A stretch of 64,000 nucleotides of DNA from Fibrobacteria bacterium (GTDB taxonomy: Bacteria > Fibrobacterota > Chitinivibrionia > Chitinivibrionales > FEN-1185): positions 1 to 64,000 of the forward strand of contig JBBIGR010000001.1 in assembly GCA_037447435.1 (NCBI GenBank), in the 5' to 3' direction. Both the position numbers and the translations under genes were made by a program. A model generated the notes under the pieces. It was given only the letters and a program-made list of their open reading frames with translations, was not told the DNA's origin and did not search any database. This document shows, one piece after another, positions 1 through 9,317 of the stretch (the first letter of the stretch is position 1; each line of letters begins with the position of its first letter).

Positions 1-59
1 ATAACTCTAAACACAACATATTGGGGCTACCCACAGAAACGCGCGATGCCCCTTTTTTA

Positions 60-974
60 CTAATCACGTTTGCGCGCCGTCACCCGTATCCTGCCGCTGC
101 AACGAAAAAGTCCGGCAAGAATTCCTATGGGCAAAAATGCGGCCAAAGCAAACGGGTTGCTTATGTCAAATAGCCCGGATATTTTTTGCGATACCCCGAT
201 CGATTCCAGCAAGTACTTCAAACTTATTATCCAATCGTTGGGTACAAAAGAAAATTCCACTTTTTCCTGTTCAAAGCCCAAGGCAGCAAGCATGTTATGT
301 AAAGTTTTTAATGGGAAACCGAAAAAATGCCGCGGAATTTCATAGCCATGCCAGAATTGTTTGAAAATTTTTGCATCGAGTCCGTCCGGGCTCGGAATCG
401 AAAAAAAGAATTTCGCTCCTGGCTTCAATATGCGATGCAATTCCCGCAGCGTTTGCGTCGGCGACGCAACGTGTTCAAGCGCATGACGCATGACAACCGC
501 GTCGAAAGAGTTTTCCGGCAAATGCGCACTTTGAAGATCTCCCTCCCAAACATCGAGATTGTACCGCTGTCGCGCAATATCGCAGGCTTTCGGGTTATAC
601 TCTATACCGGTTAGATTGTGCATTCCTAAATCGCGTAATGCCTCAAGGTATTCTCCTGTTGCGCAGCCGATTTCCAATACCTTTCCCTGCATGCCTGCTT
701 GCCGCCGGACATCACGTAACTCTCTACGCCAAAGCAACTTCCTCAGCAGCAGCATCCATGGTCGATTTAGTGATACGTACGAATCGTATTCGGACGGATA
801 CAATTCGAGAATTTCAGCTTTAGTCGTAGGAAGCGGATTTAAAAAAAGAAGACGTCATTTTTTGCATTTGCGTACCGAATATTGTTTTTTACCGCAAGGG
901 AATATTTTATCTGCGCCGCATACCAGGACCGCGGATTCTTCCGATCGACAAAAGTCGCATTGCATAGGGTTCAT
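60..974 (-). CDS. Class I SAM-dependent methyltransferase with N-terminal zinc-ribbon (CxxC...CxxC); in-frame TGA at 857-855 (recoded or pseudogene)
   Basis: VLEIGCATG SAM motif and HALEHV in 60..803. The frame continues upstream through one TGA to ATG at 974: MNPMQCDFC...RKCKK*RLLFLNPLP. Confidence 0.75.
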
Positions 975-997
975 GGTATGTCCGTTTGAATACTGTC

Positions 998-1795
998 TTA
1001 CTGTTTTTTAAATGCGCAATATTTGATAAATGCCAACACGGTTTTTCGCAATACTAAATCAAATTTGTACAGCCACGGAACGTCCGAATTTTTCCCTAAT
1101 AATTCTTCATATTTTCGGTATGAAATATGTGCGGATGCCGAACCCCGGTGCAGCCGGTAGAATATCCGCGGCCTCCTGAGAAATACGGTTTTCCCATTTT
1201 TCCGCATTTGCATCAGATTCATCATGTCGGAACCGGGGAAAATTGGATCCGAAAACGGAATGTTCTTGAGAATATTTCTATTGTAAATTATCCCGGAACG
1301 CGTCGAAATTATTCCTGCAAACGGCAACCATTCGGGAATCCTCTTGCCTACAAACAAAGACAATAGTCTGCCGATGATGGAAAATAAACGGATATTCGAT
1401 GTAAACGATGTCGCTATGACCGAAACACCCTCGGTAAGTTCGGCCGCCACTGCTTTGAAAAAATCATTGGCAAAATAATCATCCGCATCTAGGATTTGAA
1501 GCCAGTCCGTGGTAGACAAATCAATAATACGGTTATAGGTTCCTGCGATGCCGAGATTCGTGTTGTTGCGTATAATTTCGATTTTGATATGCGGATGCGC
1601 TTTGGCAAAAGCAAATATCGTCTCTGCGGAGTTGTCCGGAGAACAATCGTCAACGAGCAAAATCCGTTCCGGAAATACGGTCAATCTTTCAAGGGAATAC
1701 AGAAGGTCTTTGATAAAGGGTGCCGATCGGTAAACCGCAATACCCAGAGTGAGAGCGGGTATTGTAGTACAAAGGTCCTTCTCTTCTGAAGCCAT
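998..1795 (-). CDS. Glycosyltransferase family 2
   Basis: ILLVDDCSPDNS, NLGIAGTYN and LDADD (DxD) motifs. Confidence 0.85.
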   Translation of the reverse strand: MASEEKDLCTTIPALTLGIAVYRSAPFIKDLLYSLERLTVFPERILLVDDCSPDNSAETIFAFAKAHPHIKIEIIRNNTNLGIAGTYNRIIDLSTTDWLQILDADDYFANDFFKAVAAELTEGVSVIATSFTSNIRLFSIIGRLLSLFVGKRIPEWLPFAGIISTRSGIIYNRNILKNIPFSDPIFPGSDMMNLMQMRKNGKTVFLRRPRIFYRLHRGSASAHISYRKYEELLGKNSDVPWLYKFDLVLRKTVLAFIKYCAFKKQ

Positions 1796-1965
1796 TACAA
1801 GTTGCCTTATACTGTTTTTATTCGAAAAATAGGAAGATTTTTGGAATTAGCCCATACTATGACAATTTTTCATAGAATAAGGAAAAAGTCAAGAAAATTC
1901 TGAACCGAGGAATATTTCAAAATTGAAAGTATGAAGTTTGATATAGTGAGCCGATCTCCTAACTT

Positions 1966-3507
1966 CTATCCTCCCATCCACAACTTTCTGTCCAAACTCC
2001 TGTATTGGATTCCTTCGGCAATATGCGCAGAGCCGATCGTTTCTTTCCCATCAAGATCGGCGATCGTTCTGCTTACTTTCAGGATCCGGTCGTATGCCCG
2101 GGCCGAAAGACCAAGCCGGTCTACCGCATTTTTCAAAAGTTGCTGGCAAGGTTCGTCGAGCGTGCAATATATGCGGGAGTGCCTGGACTCCATGTGGGCG
2201 TTGCAAAAAATGGTTTTTTCTTTTGCAAATCTTTTGTTCTGTATCGTCCGGGCCAATTTGACTTTCTCCCGTAGCGACGCGGAGTCCTCACCCGGAGATT
2301 TGGCCGCAAGTTCCTCATATGACAATGCGGGAACTTCGACATGGATATCTATTCTATCAAGAAGCGGTCCCGAGATTTTCGCCATATATTTTTGTATCAG
2401 TTGCGGTGTGCAGCTGCATTCGTGCCTCGGGTCCGAATAATAGCCGCACGGACACGGGTTCATTGCTGCGGCAAGCATGAACCGCGCGGGATACGAAAGC
2501 GATGTCGCGGCGCGTGAAATGGTCACTTTCCCGTCTTCCAACGGTTGACGAAGATTTTCCAAAACGTTTTTCGTAAATTCCGGCAACTCGTCAAGAAACA
2601 ACACCCCGTGATGGGAAAGACTGACTTCACCCGGCCGCGGGTAAGCGCCTCCGCCGATGAGCCCGGCGTCGGAAATCGTGTGATGCGGACTGCGAAACGG
2701 CCGGGTTGCGACAAGAGGAGTATTTTTATCAAGCAAGCCCGATACGGAATGGATTTTTGTTGTTTCGAGCGCTTCGTCCAGCGATAAATCGGGAAGAATG
2801 GTCGGCAACCTGCGCGCCAACATCGTCTTGCCCGATCCCGGCGGGCCGATCATCATGATGTTGTGGCCGCCCGCAGCGGCGACAAGCAATGCCCGCTTTA
2901 TATGCTCCTGGCCTTTGACATCTTTAAAATCAATTGAATATTTACGTGCTTGGTTAAAAAGCATTTCAAGATCTGCGTTAAAAGGATCGATGCTTTTGTC
3001 TCCGGTCAAGAAATCCAGCGCTTCCGTCAGTGACTGTACCGGATAAATCGCCACGCCCTCGGCGACCGCTGCCTCTTGCGCGCATTCCGAAGGTACGATC
3101 ATTCCTTTAAAGCCGAGTTCCCGCGCGCAAATAGCCATAGACAGCATGCCGCGAACGTGTTTGACCGTTCCGTCGAGCGATAATTCCCCCGCGATGATGT
3201 ATTCCGACGCATTGGAAATTTCCACCTGGCCCGATGCCATCAGAAGGCCTATTGCTATCGGCAAATCGAATGCCGAGCCTTCTTTGCGCATATCGGCCGG
3301 CGCCATATTTATCGTTACTTTACGGCAGGGAAATTCAAAGCTGCAATTTTTAATGGCGCTCATCACCCGTTCGCGGCTTTCCCGGACCGCGCCGTCCGGA
3401 AGCCCGACAATGGTAAAGCTCGGCAGCATTTCGCTGATATCGGCCTCAATGCCGATTTCAAATGCGTCAATTCCGACAACCGACATTGAACGTAGTTTTG
3501 CAAGCAT
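1966..3507 (-). CDS. comM: YifB/ComM family Mg-chelatase-like AAA+ ATPase
   Basis: IVGLPD..VRESRERV, GPPGSGKT Walker A, PFRSPHH, LFLDELPEF, NPCPCG, LSARAYDRILKVSRTIADL. Confidence 0.95.
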   Translation of the reverse strand: MLAKLRSMSVVGIDAFEIGIEADISEMLPSFTIVGLPDGAVRESRERVMSAIKNCSFEFPCRKVTINMAPADMRKEGSAFDLPIAIGLLMASGQVEISNASEYIIAGELSLDGTVKHVRGMLSMAICARELGFKGMIVPSECAQEAAVAEGVAIYPVQSLTEALDFLTGDKSIDPFNADLEMLFNQARKYSIDFKDVKGQEHIKRALLVAAAGGHNIMMIGPPGSGKTMLARRLPTILPDLSLDEALETTKIHSVSGLLDKNTPLVATRPFRSPHHTISDAGLIGGGAYPRPGEVSLSHHGVLFLDELPEFTKNVLENLRQPLEDGKVTISRAATSLSYPARFMLAAAMNPCPCGYYSDPRHECSCTPQLIQKYMAKISGPLLDRIDIHVEVPALSYEELAAKSPGEDSASLREKVKLARTIQNKRFAKEKTIFCNAHMESRHSRIYCTLDEPCQQLLKNAVDRLGLSARAYDRILKVSRTIADLDGKETIGSAHIAEGIQYRSLDRKLWMGG

Positions 3508-3632
3508 AGGGGGTTCCTTTAGGGATAACCTTTTTGCATAAAATCGCGATAATACAATCTATATTTTGATTCGGCATTCAACAACTTCATAATGTACCCG
3601 GTGTCCTTTCGCTCTTAACCAAGGAGCATCCC

Positions 3633-3949
3633 ATGAACACGGCATCAAAAATCCGCTGTCAATGGCTTGCGGTTCTTTTCTTTTGCGCATTCTCTGCGCC
3701 GAGCGCCGAAGTGAGCTATATTCCGGCAAGAGACTACGCGACGACGATTATCTCTGATATCAACAACGCGAAACGTTCCGGCACCTTTCGTCGCAGGGCG
3801 TGCCGGTGTTTGTCGAAAACGCCGGTGCCGCATTGCATGCCAAGGCCGTCGTGATGGCAGGGCAAAGGTCGACCAAGCAAAAACCCTTATCGCCCAAAAG
3901 AATCCCGATAATCCTAAAAGAACAGTCGGCTATTTTATCGGCACGGTGA
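3633..3949 (+). pseudogene. Internally deleted, frameshifted phospholipase D (Nuc-like) remnant
   Basis: Signal peptide plus DYATTIISDINNAKRS in one frame. A different frame from 3782 reads LSSQGVPVFVENAGAALHAKAVVM (HxK motif at 3836-3844) to TGA at 3947-3949. Confidence 0.6.
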
Positions 3950-3972
3950 AAAACCTGAAATAGGGGCTTTTC

Positions 3973-4356
3973 TCACCATGCCTTTTCGACCAGAACGTCC
4001 GGCATGGGGTAGTGTTTCCGGTTGAGGCAGAAAATCCTGCCGCCCGAATGAATCGCCGTTGCGGCAAGAATGGCATCATTTATGTCAATACCATGCGAAG
4101 GGTGCCAACGCCGGTATATTTGCGCCGCCTTGTCTATAATTAGCTCATTGACGGCGGCGGTATGAAAATGGGAAAGCAGATTGCTTGTTGCGTGTTCTTC
4201 TTCAGGCCGCATAAAAAAAACTATTTCAGCGCGTTGCATCGCGCCAATCCATAACTCGTTCGTACGGTCCGAAAAAACCATTTTCAAAAAATTCAAGGCT
4301 TTTTTCTCGCCGCGCAAGTGCCAAATGAGAACATCCGCATCAATATAAATCTTCAT
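3973..4356 (-). CDS. vapC: PIN-domain (VapC-like) toxin
   Basis: IYIDADVLIWHLRG, DAILAATA and NRKHYP PIN motifs; 127 aa. Confidence 0.85.
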   Translation of the reverse strand: MKIYIDADVLIWHLRGEKKALNFLKMVFSDRTNELWIGAMQRAEIVFFMRPEEEHATSNLLSHFHTAAVNELIIDKAAQIYRRWHPSHGIDINDAILAATAIHSGGRIFCLNRKHYPMPDVLVEKAW

Positions 4357-4613
4357 GAATTCTTATGCCGTTCCATCGATTTTCGGAAAGCATCGCGAGC
4401 ATTTCTGACAAGCTCGGCCGGACTTTCCTTTCTTTGCCAGGAGCCAAAAGTTTCATCCAGGAAATCCGTTGCCTTTTCTTCTCCTTCCTGATCCGACAGT
4501 AACATAACTGCTCGTTCCAACACCTTCTTCTTAGGAATACGAAGCCTATGCGATAGTGAGGAAATCCGATGAACCACGCTGTCATCCAGCCGGGCTGAAA
4601 AAATCCTATCCAT
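4353..4613 (-). CDS. Putative antitoxin (ribbon-helix-helix-like)
   Basis: 86 aa, FSARLDD N-terminal strand, LDETFGSW. Overlaps the PIN gene by 4 nt (ATGA); GGAGG RBS. Confidence 0.7.
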   Translation of the reverse strand: MDRIFSARLDDSVVHRISSLSHRLRIPKKKVLERAVMLLSDQEGEEKATDFLDETFGSWQRKESPAELVRNARDAFRKSMERHKNS

Positions 4614-4721
4614 ACCTACCCTCCATAATGATTACGTAAGTAATATAACGTAAGTATATTTTTCACACAAGAAATTCTTAGATCGAATCCGGAGATAACC
4701 GTTTCCTCCCCGATTGTTCTT

Positions 4722-4738
4722 CTGGCACGTTCTTTGCA
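4722..4738 (+). promoter_or_regulatory. Sigma54 (-24/-12) promoter
   Basis: CTGGCACGTTCTTTGCA matches the full YTGGCACG-N4-TTGCW consensus, 40 nt upstream of ATG 4779. Confidence 0.75.
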
Positions 4739-4778
4739 TTTTATTAAAGGAGATGGGATAACCCTTCCGGAGGGCATT

Positions 4779-5255
4779 ATGGAAACGAAAAATAGCAGCA
4801 TTGCCACTTTAGATCCGATATTGGAAGACCAGACAATTGACGGGCTCGTAAGCGAACTTGAACGCCAAATCGACAATTCCCAGAATGGGAATGGAGAATG
4901 CAAGGGTAAGACAATATCCATAAAACGGCTGTGGCATATGAATACCCTAAAAGAAAATTTCGGTTTTTCCAGTGCCAATAGCGCGGGATCTGCTGAAAAC
5001 GGGCAAAATTCCCTATCCAAACCTAAGGTTAACGGTATCCACGTTGTGGAATTTCCAATTCCTGCTACCGAAAAGCTGTTCGATGAAATCAGTTTAGCGG
5101 GCGAAATTGTAGGATTTGGAATTGGGACATGCCTTCGCCTCTTTATTTTGTCTGTCGCTACTATTTTTGTTGTCGGTTTATTCAGCATTTTTGTGTTTCT
5201 TCATGCAGTAGTAAGAGGACTTATGATGAAGCATTGGGATACCCACCCACAATAG
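4779..5255 (+). CDS. Hypothetical protein with C-terminal hydrophobic segment
   Basis: GGAGG RBS before ATG 4779; hydrophobic C-terminus; no recognised family. Confidence 0.55.
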   Translation: METKNSSIATLDPILEDQTIDGLVSELERQIDNSQNGNGECKGKTISIKRLWHMNTLKENFGFSSANSAGSAENGQNSLSKPKVNGIHVVEFPIPATEKLFDEISLAGEIVGFGIGTCLRLFILSVATIFVVGLFSIFVFLHAVVRGLMMKHWDTHPQ

Positions 5256-5378
5256 AGTATTCGAAACCGTCAGCGTTTGTTCGGCTATTTTTTCAGAAGC
5301 GCCTTTCACAGTACTCTTTCGTGAGGGGCCACTGATTTGCTCCCCAAGTCGGGGCCAATTATATTACCACTCAACTTT

Positions 5379-7265
5379 ATGGACCCTTCCCCAGTATCAA
5401 AACGGTCACTAGCCGCAGGTATGATAATTGCAGCACTCGGTGTCGTGTACGGTGATATCGGCACGAGTGTTCTATATGCGTTTCGAATCTGTTTTGAAGG
5501 CAAAAATGCCTTAAACCCTACCAGCGCAAATATTCTCGGCATTTTGTCCCTCATTTTTTGGTCTCTTGTCGTTTTGATTTCGGTTAAATACCTTCTCATA
5601 GTTTTACGTGCCGACAATAACGGCGAAGGCGGGGTTTTGGCGTTAATGACCCTGCTAACAAAGGTAAGAAAAAACCCTCATGCGCGTAGAGGGCTGGTAA
5701 TTCTCTTGGGGTTGTTCGGGGCTTCTTTGATGTACGGCGACGCTTTAATCACTCCCGTCATTTCCGTCTTAAGTGCTGTCGAAGGATTAAAAGCCGTGGC
5801 TCCCGGGTTTACTATTTTTGTGCTGCCCATTTCTTTTGGAATCCTCCTTTTATTGTTTTGGTTTCAAAAACACGGCAGCGGCACAATAGGAAAAATATTC
5901 GGCCCTATCATGCTTATCTGGTTTGCGATTATCGCGGTCCTCGGTCTGATTTCTATAGTTAAGAACCCCGTCGTTCTTTCCGCAATAGATCCGCGGTATT
6001 CGTTTTCCTTTTTTTACCACAATAAAATGCACGGGGTTTTCACTCTCGGTACGGTCTTCCTCGTTCTTACAGGAGGAGAAGCCTTATACGCCGACATGGG
6101 CCATTTCGGGAAGAAGCCGATCCGCGGAGGATGGTTTTTTATCGTGTTCCCCGCATTGATTTGCAACTATTTCGGGCAAGGAGCCTATCTGCTCCGCAAT
6201 CCGGGCGGCATGGAAAACCTGTTTTACCGGCTTGCCCCTCAATGGTCCGTTTTCCCCCTTGTCATTCTTGCGACCATAGCGACCGTCATCGCGTCCCAGG
6301 CCGTTATTTCAGGGGTGTTTTCCCTTGCACGACAATCTGTTCAGCTTGGATATTTTCCCCGCCTTGCAATTATTCATACATCAAACCAAACGATCGGTCA
6401 GGTATACGTACCCGTTATCAACGGCTTGCTTTGCGCCGGCACCATAATTTTGGTACTTGCTTTCCAACATTCCGAAAAACTTGCCGGCGCGTACGGTGTT
6501 GCAGTCGCCATGACGATGCTCATTACGACATTGCTTCTCATTCCGGTCATGCGGAAAATATGGAAATGGAATTTATTGACCGTTACCTGTTTAAGCTTTG
6601 CCTTTTTGGTCATGAATTGCGCGTTTTTATTTGCGACACTTATGAAAATCAAAGACGGCGGGTGGGTATCTCTATTGATCGGCGCCGGGGCTTTTTTCCT
6701 GAATGTAACCTGGGAAAAAGGCCGGGACCACCTGCGCCGGCAAATCGTGACTGAAGCAGTTTCGATGAGGGATTTCCTTGTCGATGTAGAAACAATAAAA
6801 CCGTATCGGGTGAAAGGCACTGCCGTGTTTCTGGCCGGAAACGCAGCCGGCGTGCCACGGACGTTATTGCACAATTACAAGCACAATAAGGTGTTGCACG
6901 AATGCGTGGTAATTCTTACCGTGGTAACCGAGAAAATACCGTTTGTCAAAAAATCCTCGCAGCTGGACATGGAAGAACTCGGGCAAGGTTTTTTCTGGAT
7001 CACGGCGCATTTCGGTTTCAGTGAAACGCCCGACATTCCCGAGACGTTATATGCCGTTTCGGTCAAAGGCCTTAGGTTTAATCCTATGGACACGACATTT
7101 TTCCTTGGCCGTGAAACCCTTATCGCCTCAAAACATAAGGGGCCGATGCTGCCCTGGCGCAAAGGCGTGTTCGGATTCCTTTCTCGCAACGCATGCGATG
7201 CTTCGAAATTTTTCCATATCCCTCCGAACCGGGTAATAGAAATCGGTATTCAAATCGAATTATAA
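5379..7265 (+). CDS. kup: KUP/HAK/KT potassium transporter (copy 1)
   Basis: LGVVYGDIGTS, ADNNGEGG, GGEALYADMGHFG, SQAVISG, FFLGRET; ATG start at 5379 preferred. Confidence 0.95.
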   Translation: MDPSPVSKRSLAAGMIIAALGVVYGDIGTSVLYAFRICFEGKNALNPTSANILGILSLIFWSLVVLISVKYLLIVLRADNNGEGGVLALMTLLTKVRKNPHARRGLVILLGLFGASLMYGDALITPVISVLSAVEGLKAVAPGFTIFVLPISFGILLLLFWFQKHGSGTIGKIFGPIMLIWFAIIAVLGLISIVKNPVVLSAIDPRYSFSFFYHNKMHGVFTLGTVFLVLTGGEALYADMGHFGKKPIRGGWFFIVFPALICNYFGQGAYLLRNPGGMENLFYRLAPQWSVFPLVILATIATVIASQAVISGVFSLARQSVQLGYFPRLAIIHTSNQTIGQVYVPVINGLLCAGTIILVLAFQHSEKLAGAYGVAVAMTMLITTLLLIPVMRKIWKWNLLTVTCLSFAFLVMNCAFLFATLMKIKDGGWVSLLIGAGAFFLNVTWEKGRDHLRRQIVTEAVSMRDFLVDVETIKPYRVKGTAVFLAGNAAGVPRTLLHNYKHNKVLHECVVILTVVTEKIPFVKKSSQLDMEELGQGFFWITAHFGFSETPDIPETLYAVSVKGLRFNPMDTTFFLGRETLIASKHKGPMLPWRKGVFGFLSRNACDASKFFHIPPNRVIEIGIQIEL

Positions 7266-7316
7266 ACCGGATGGTTTTTGAATTGCGTCATATGAAATAG
7301 ATGGAATATATAGACT

Positions 7317-9209
7317 ATGAAAAATAAAGATATCTCCCCGAATCCGCGATCAATATTGGTTGGTTTACTGATAGCGTCGCTCGGCGTCGTCTATGGCGAC
7401 ATCGGCACAAGCCCCTTATACGCCTTCAGGCTTTGCTTCGACGGCATCGGTTCCTTGCCGCCGACAGCGGAAAATATTCTCGGTTTATTGTCCCTCATAT
7501 TTTGGCTCCTGATAATTCTTATCACCGGGAAATATCTCAGTTTCGTTTTGCGCGCCGATAACAATGGAGAAGGCGGCATCCTCGCATTGATGACGCTTTT
7601 GACAAAAAGCCTGAAAACCCCGTCGGGAAAGCGCGGCGGCATCCTTTTACTCGGACTTTTCGGGGCCGCACTCATGTATGGAGACGGCCTTATAACCCCC
7701 GCGATTTCCGTTTTAAGCGCCGTCGAAGGATTGACAAACGTAACTCCGGCCTTGACTTCTTTCATAATTCCGATATCGTTAATTACCCTTTTGTCGTTAT
7801 TCTGGTTTCAAAAGCACGGCAGCAACACGATCGGGAAAATTTTCGGACCAATCATGCTGGTGTGGTTTACCACCATAGCCCTGCTCGGTTTATTATCGGT
7901 TATAAAGAACCCCGAAGTCCTCCGCGCCGTCGATCCGCGGCTTGCGGTTCCCTTTTTTATTCATAACCGGATTCATGCGTTTCTTACGCTCGGCACAATT
8001 TTTCTCGTTCTCACCGGGGGTGAGGCGTTATATGCGGATGTGGGACATTTCGGAAAAAAACCCATACGGATCGGATGGTTTTTTTTTGTTTTTCCCGCTT
8101 TGCTCCTTAATTATTTCGGCCAAGGCGCATTTCTTTTGCGTCACCCGAGCCAAACGGCAAACCTTTTTTTCCAATTGGCACCGCAGTGGCTTACCTTGCC
8201 GCTGGTCGTTTTGGCAACCGCAGCTACGGTCATTGCTTCACAGGCGGTTATTTCAGGCGTTTTTTCTCTCACGAGACAAGCGGTACAACTGAATTATTTG
8301 CCGCGCCTTGCGATTACCCATACGTCGGAAACGACAATCGGCCAAGTCTATGTGCCGGTTTTCAATTGGCTGTTATGCATCGGCACGATACTGTTGGTTT
8401 TAGGTTTTAAGAAATCGGACAATCTCGCCGGCGCATACGGCGTGGCTGTTTCAACAACGATGCTCATCACAACGTTCTTCTTATTTCTCGTCATGATAAA
8501 ACTATGGAAATGGAACACCTTTTCCGCGGCAGTGTTATGCGGGTTTATTTTCTGCATCGATTTAATATTCTTTTTCGCAAATATCATTAAAATCCGGGAC
8601 GGCGGCTGGGTTTCCATCGGTATCGCCTGCGCCACCCTTTTCATCATGATCACGTGGGATGACGGCAGACGGCTTTTACGGGAACATATAGCCAACGCCG
8701 CATTGGCCATGAAACTTTTTCTAAGCGACGTCATGACATTGCAACCGATCCGGGTTCCCGGTACTGCGGTTTTCCTCGCAGGAAATCCGAGCGGCGTACC
8801 CAGAACCTTGTTGCACAATTACAAACACAATAAAATTTTGCATAACAATATCGTCATCATTACGGTCGAGACCCTTGAAATACCGTTTGTAAAAGATTCC
8901 GACCGGTTGTCCATATCCGATCTGGGAAGCGGTTTTTTTTGGATGATGGCGCGCTTCGGCTTCAGCGAATCCCCCGATATTCCCAATACCCTTAAGACTA
9001 TTCCCCTTAAAGGCGTTTCATTTGATCCTATGCAAACGACCTATTTTCTCGGCAGGGAAACGCTGATTTCATCAAACAACCCCAGTAAAATGAAAATATG
9101 GCAAAAAGGTATTTTCAGCTTCTTGTCGCGCAATGCGTGCGATGCATCGAAATTCTTCCATATACCGCCAAACCGGGTTATTGAAATCGGTATTCAAATC
9201 GAATTATAA
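7317..9209 (+). CDS. kup: KUP/HAK/KT potassium transporter (copy 2)
   Basis: LGVVYGDIGTSPLY and the same motif set as copy 1. Confidence 0.95.
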   Translation: MKNKDISPNPRSILVGLLIASLGVVYGDIGTSPLYAFRLCFDGIGSLPPTAENILGLLSLIFWLLIILITGKYLSFVLRADNNGEGGILALMTLLTKSLKTPSGKRGGILLLGLFGAALMYGDGLITPAISVLSAVEGLTNVTPALTSFIIPISLITLLSLFWFQKHGSNTIGKIFGPIMLVWFTTIALLGLLSVIKNPEVLRAVDPRLAVPFFIHNRIHAFLTLGTIFLVLTGGEALYADVGHFGKKPIRIGWFFFVFPALLLNYFGQGAFLLRHPSQTANLFFQLAPQWLTLPLVVLATAATVIASQAVISGVFSLTRQAVQLNYLPRLAITHTSETTIGQVYVPVFNWLLCIGTILLVLGFKKSDNLAGAYGVAVSTTMLITTFFLFLVMIKLWKWNTFSAAVLCGFIFCIDLIFFFANIIKIRDGGWVSIGIACATLFIMITWDDGRRLLREHIANAALAMKLFLSDVMTLQPIRVPGTAVFLAGNPSGVPRTLLHNYKHNKILHNNIVIITVETLEIPFVKDSDRLSISDLGSGFFWMMARFGFSESPDIPNTLKTIPLKGVSFDPMQTTYFLGRETLISSNNPSKMKIWQKGIFSFLSRNACDASKFFHIPPNRVIEIGIQIEL

Positions 9210-9317
9210 CCCCGTTTTTATTAATAACCGCGCCATTCCGGTTTCTATAGACATTTTTCTTAAAACAATTTATAATTTAGAGATATCTATGATTTCCAAC
9301 CAACGTATGGAACACCA

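Noticed and set aside
855..857. Genome-wide TGA recoding (genetic code 4 or 25)
   Set aside because: Many intact genes end at TGA in the expected place (vapC, tssA, the NtrC-family regulator, nikR), so the in-frame TGA is a local event.
1966..3507. Mobile element inserted in comM (a known integration hotspot)
   Set aside because: The reading frame is intact and full length; no att repeats or integrase seen.
5256..5378. c-di-AMP (ydaO) riboswitch upstream of kup, prompted by GAAACCGTCAGC
   Set aside because: Only this short fragment resembles the motif; the other conserved elements and a terminator are missing.
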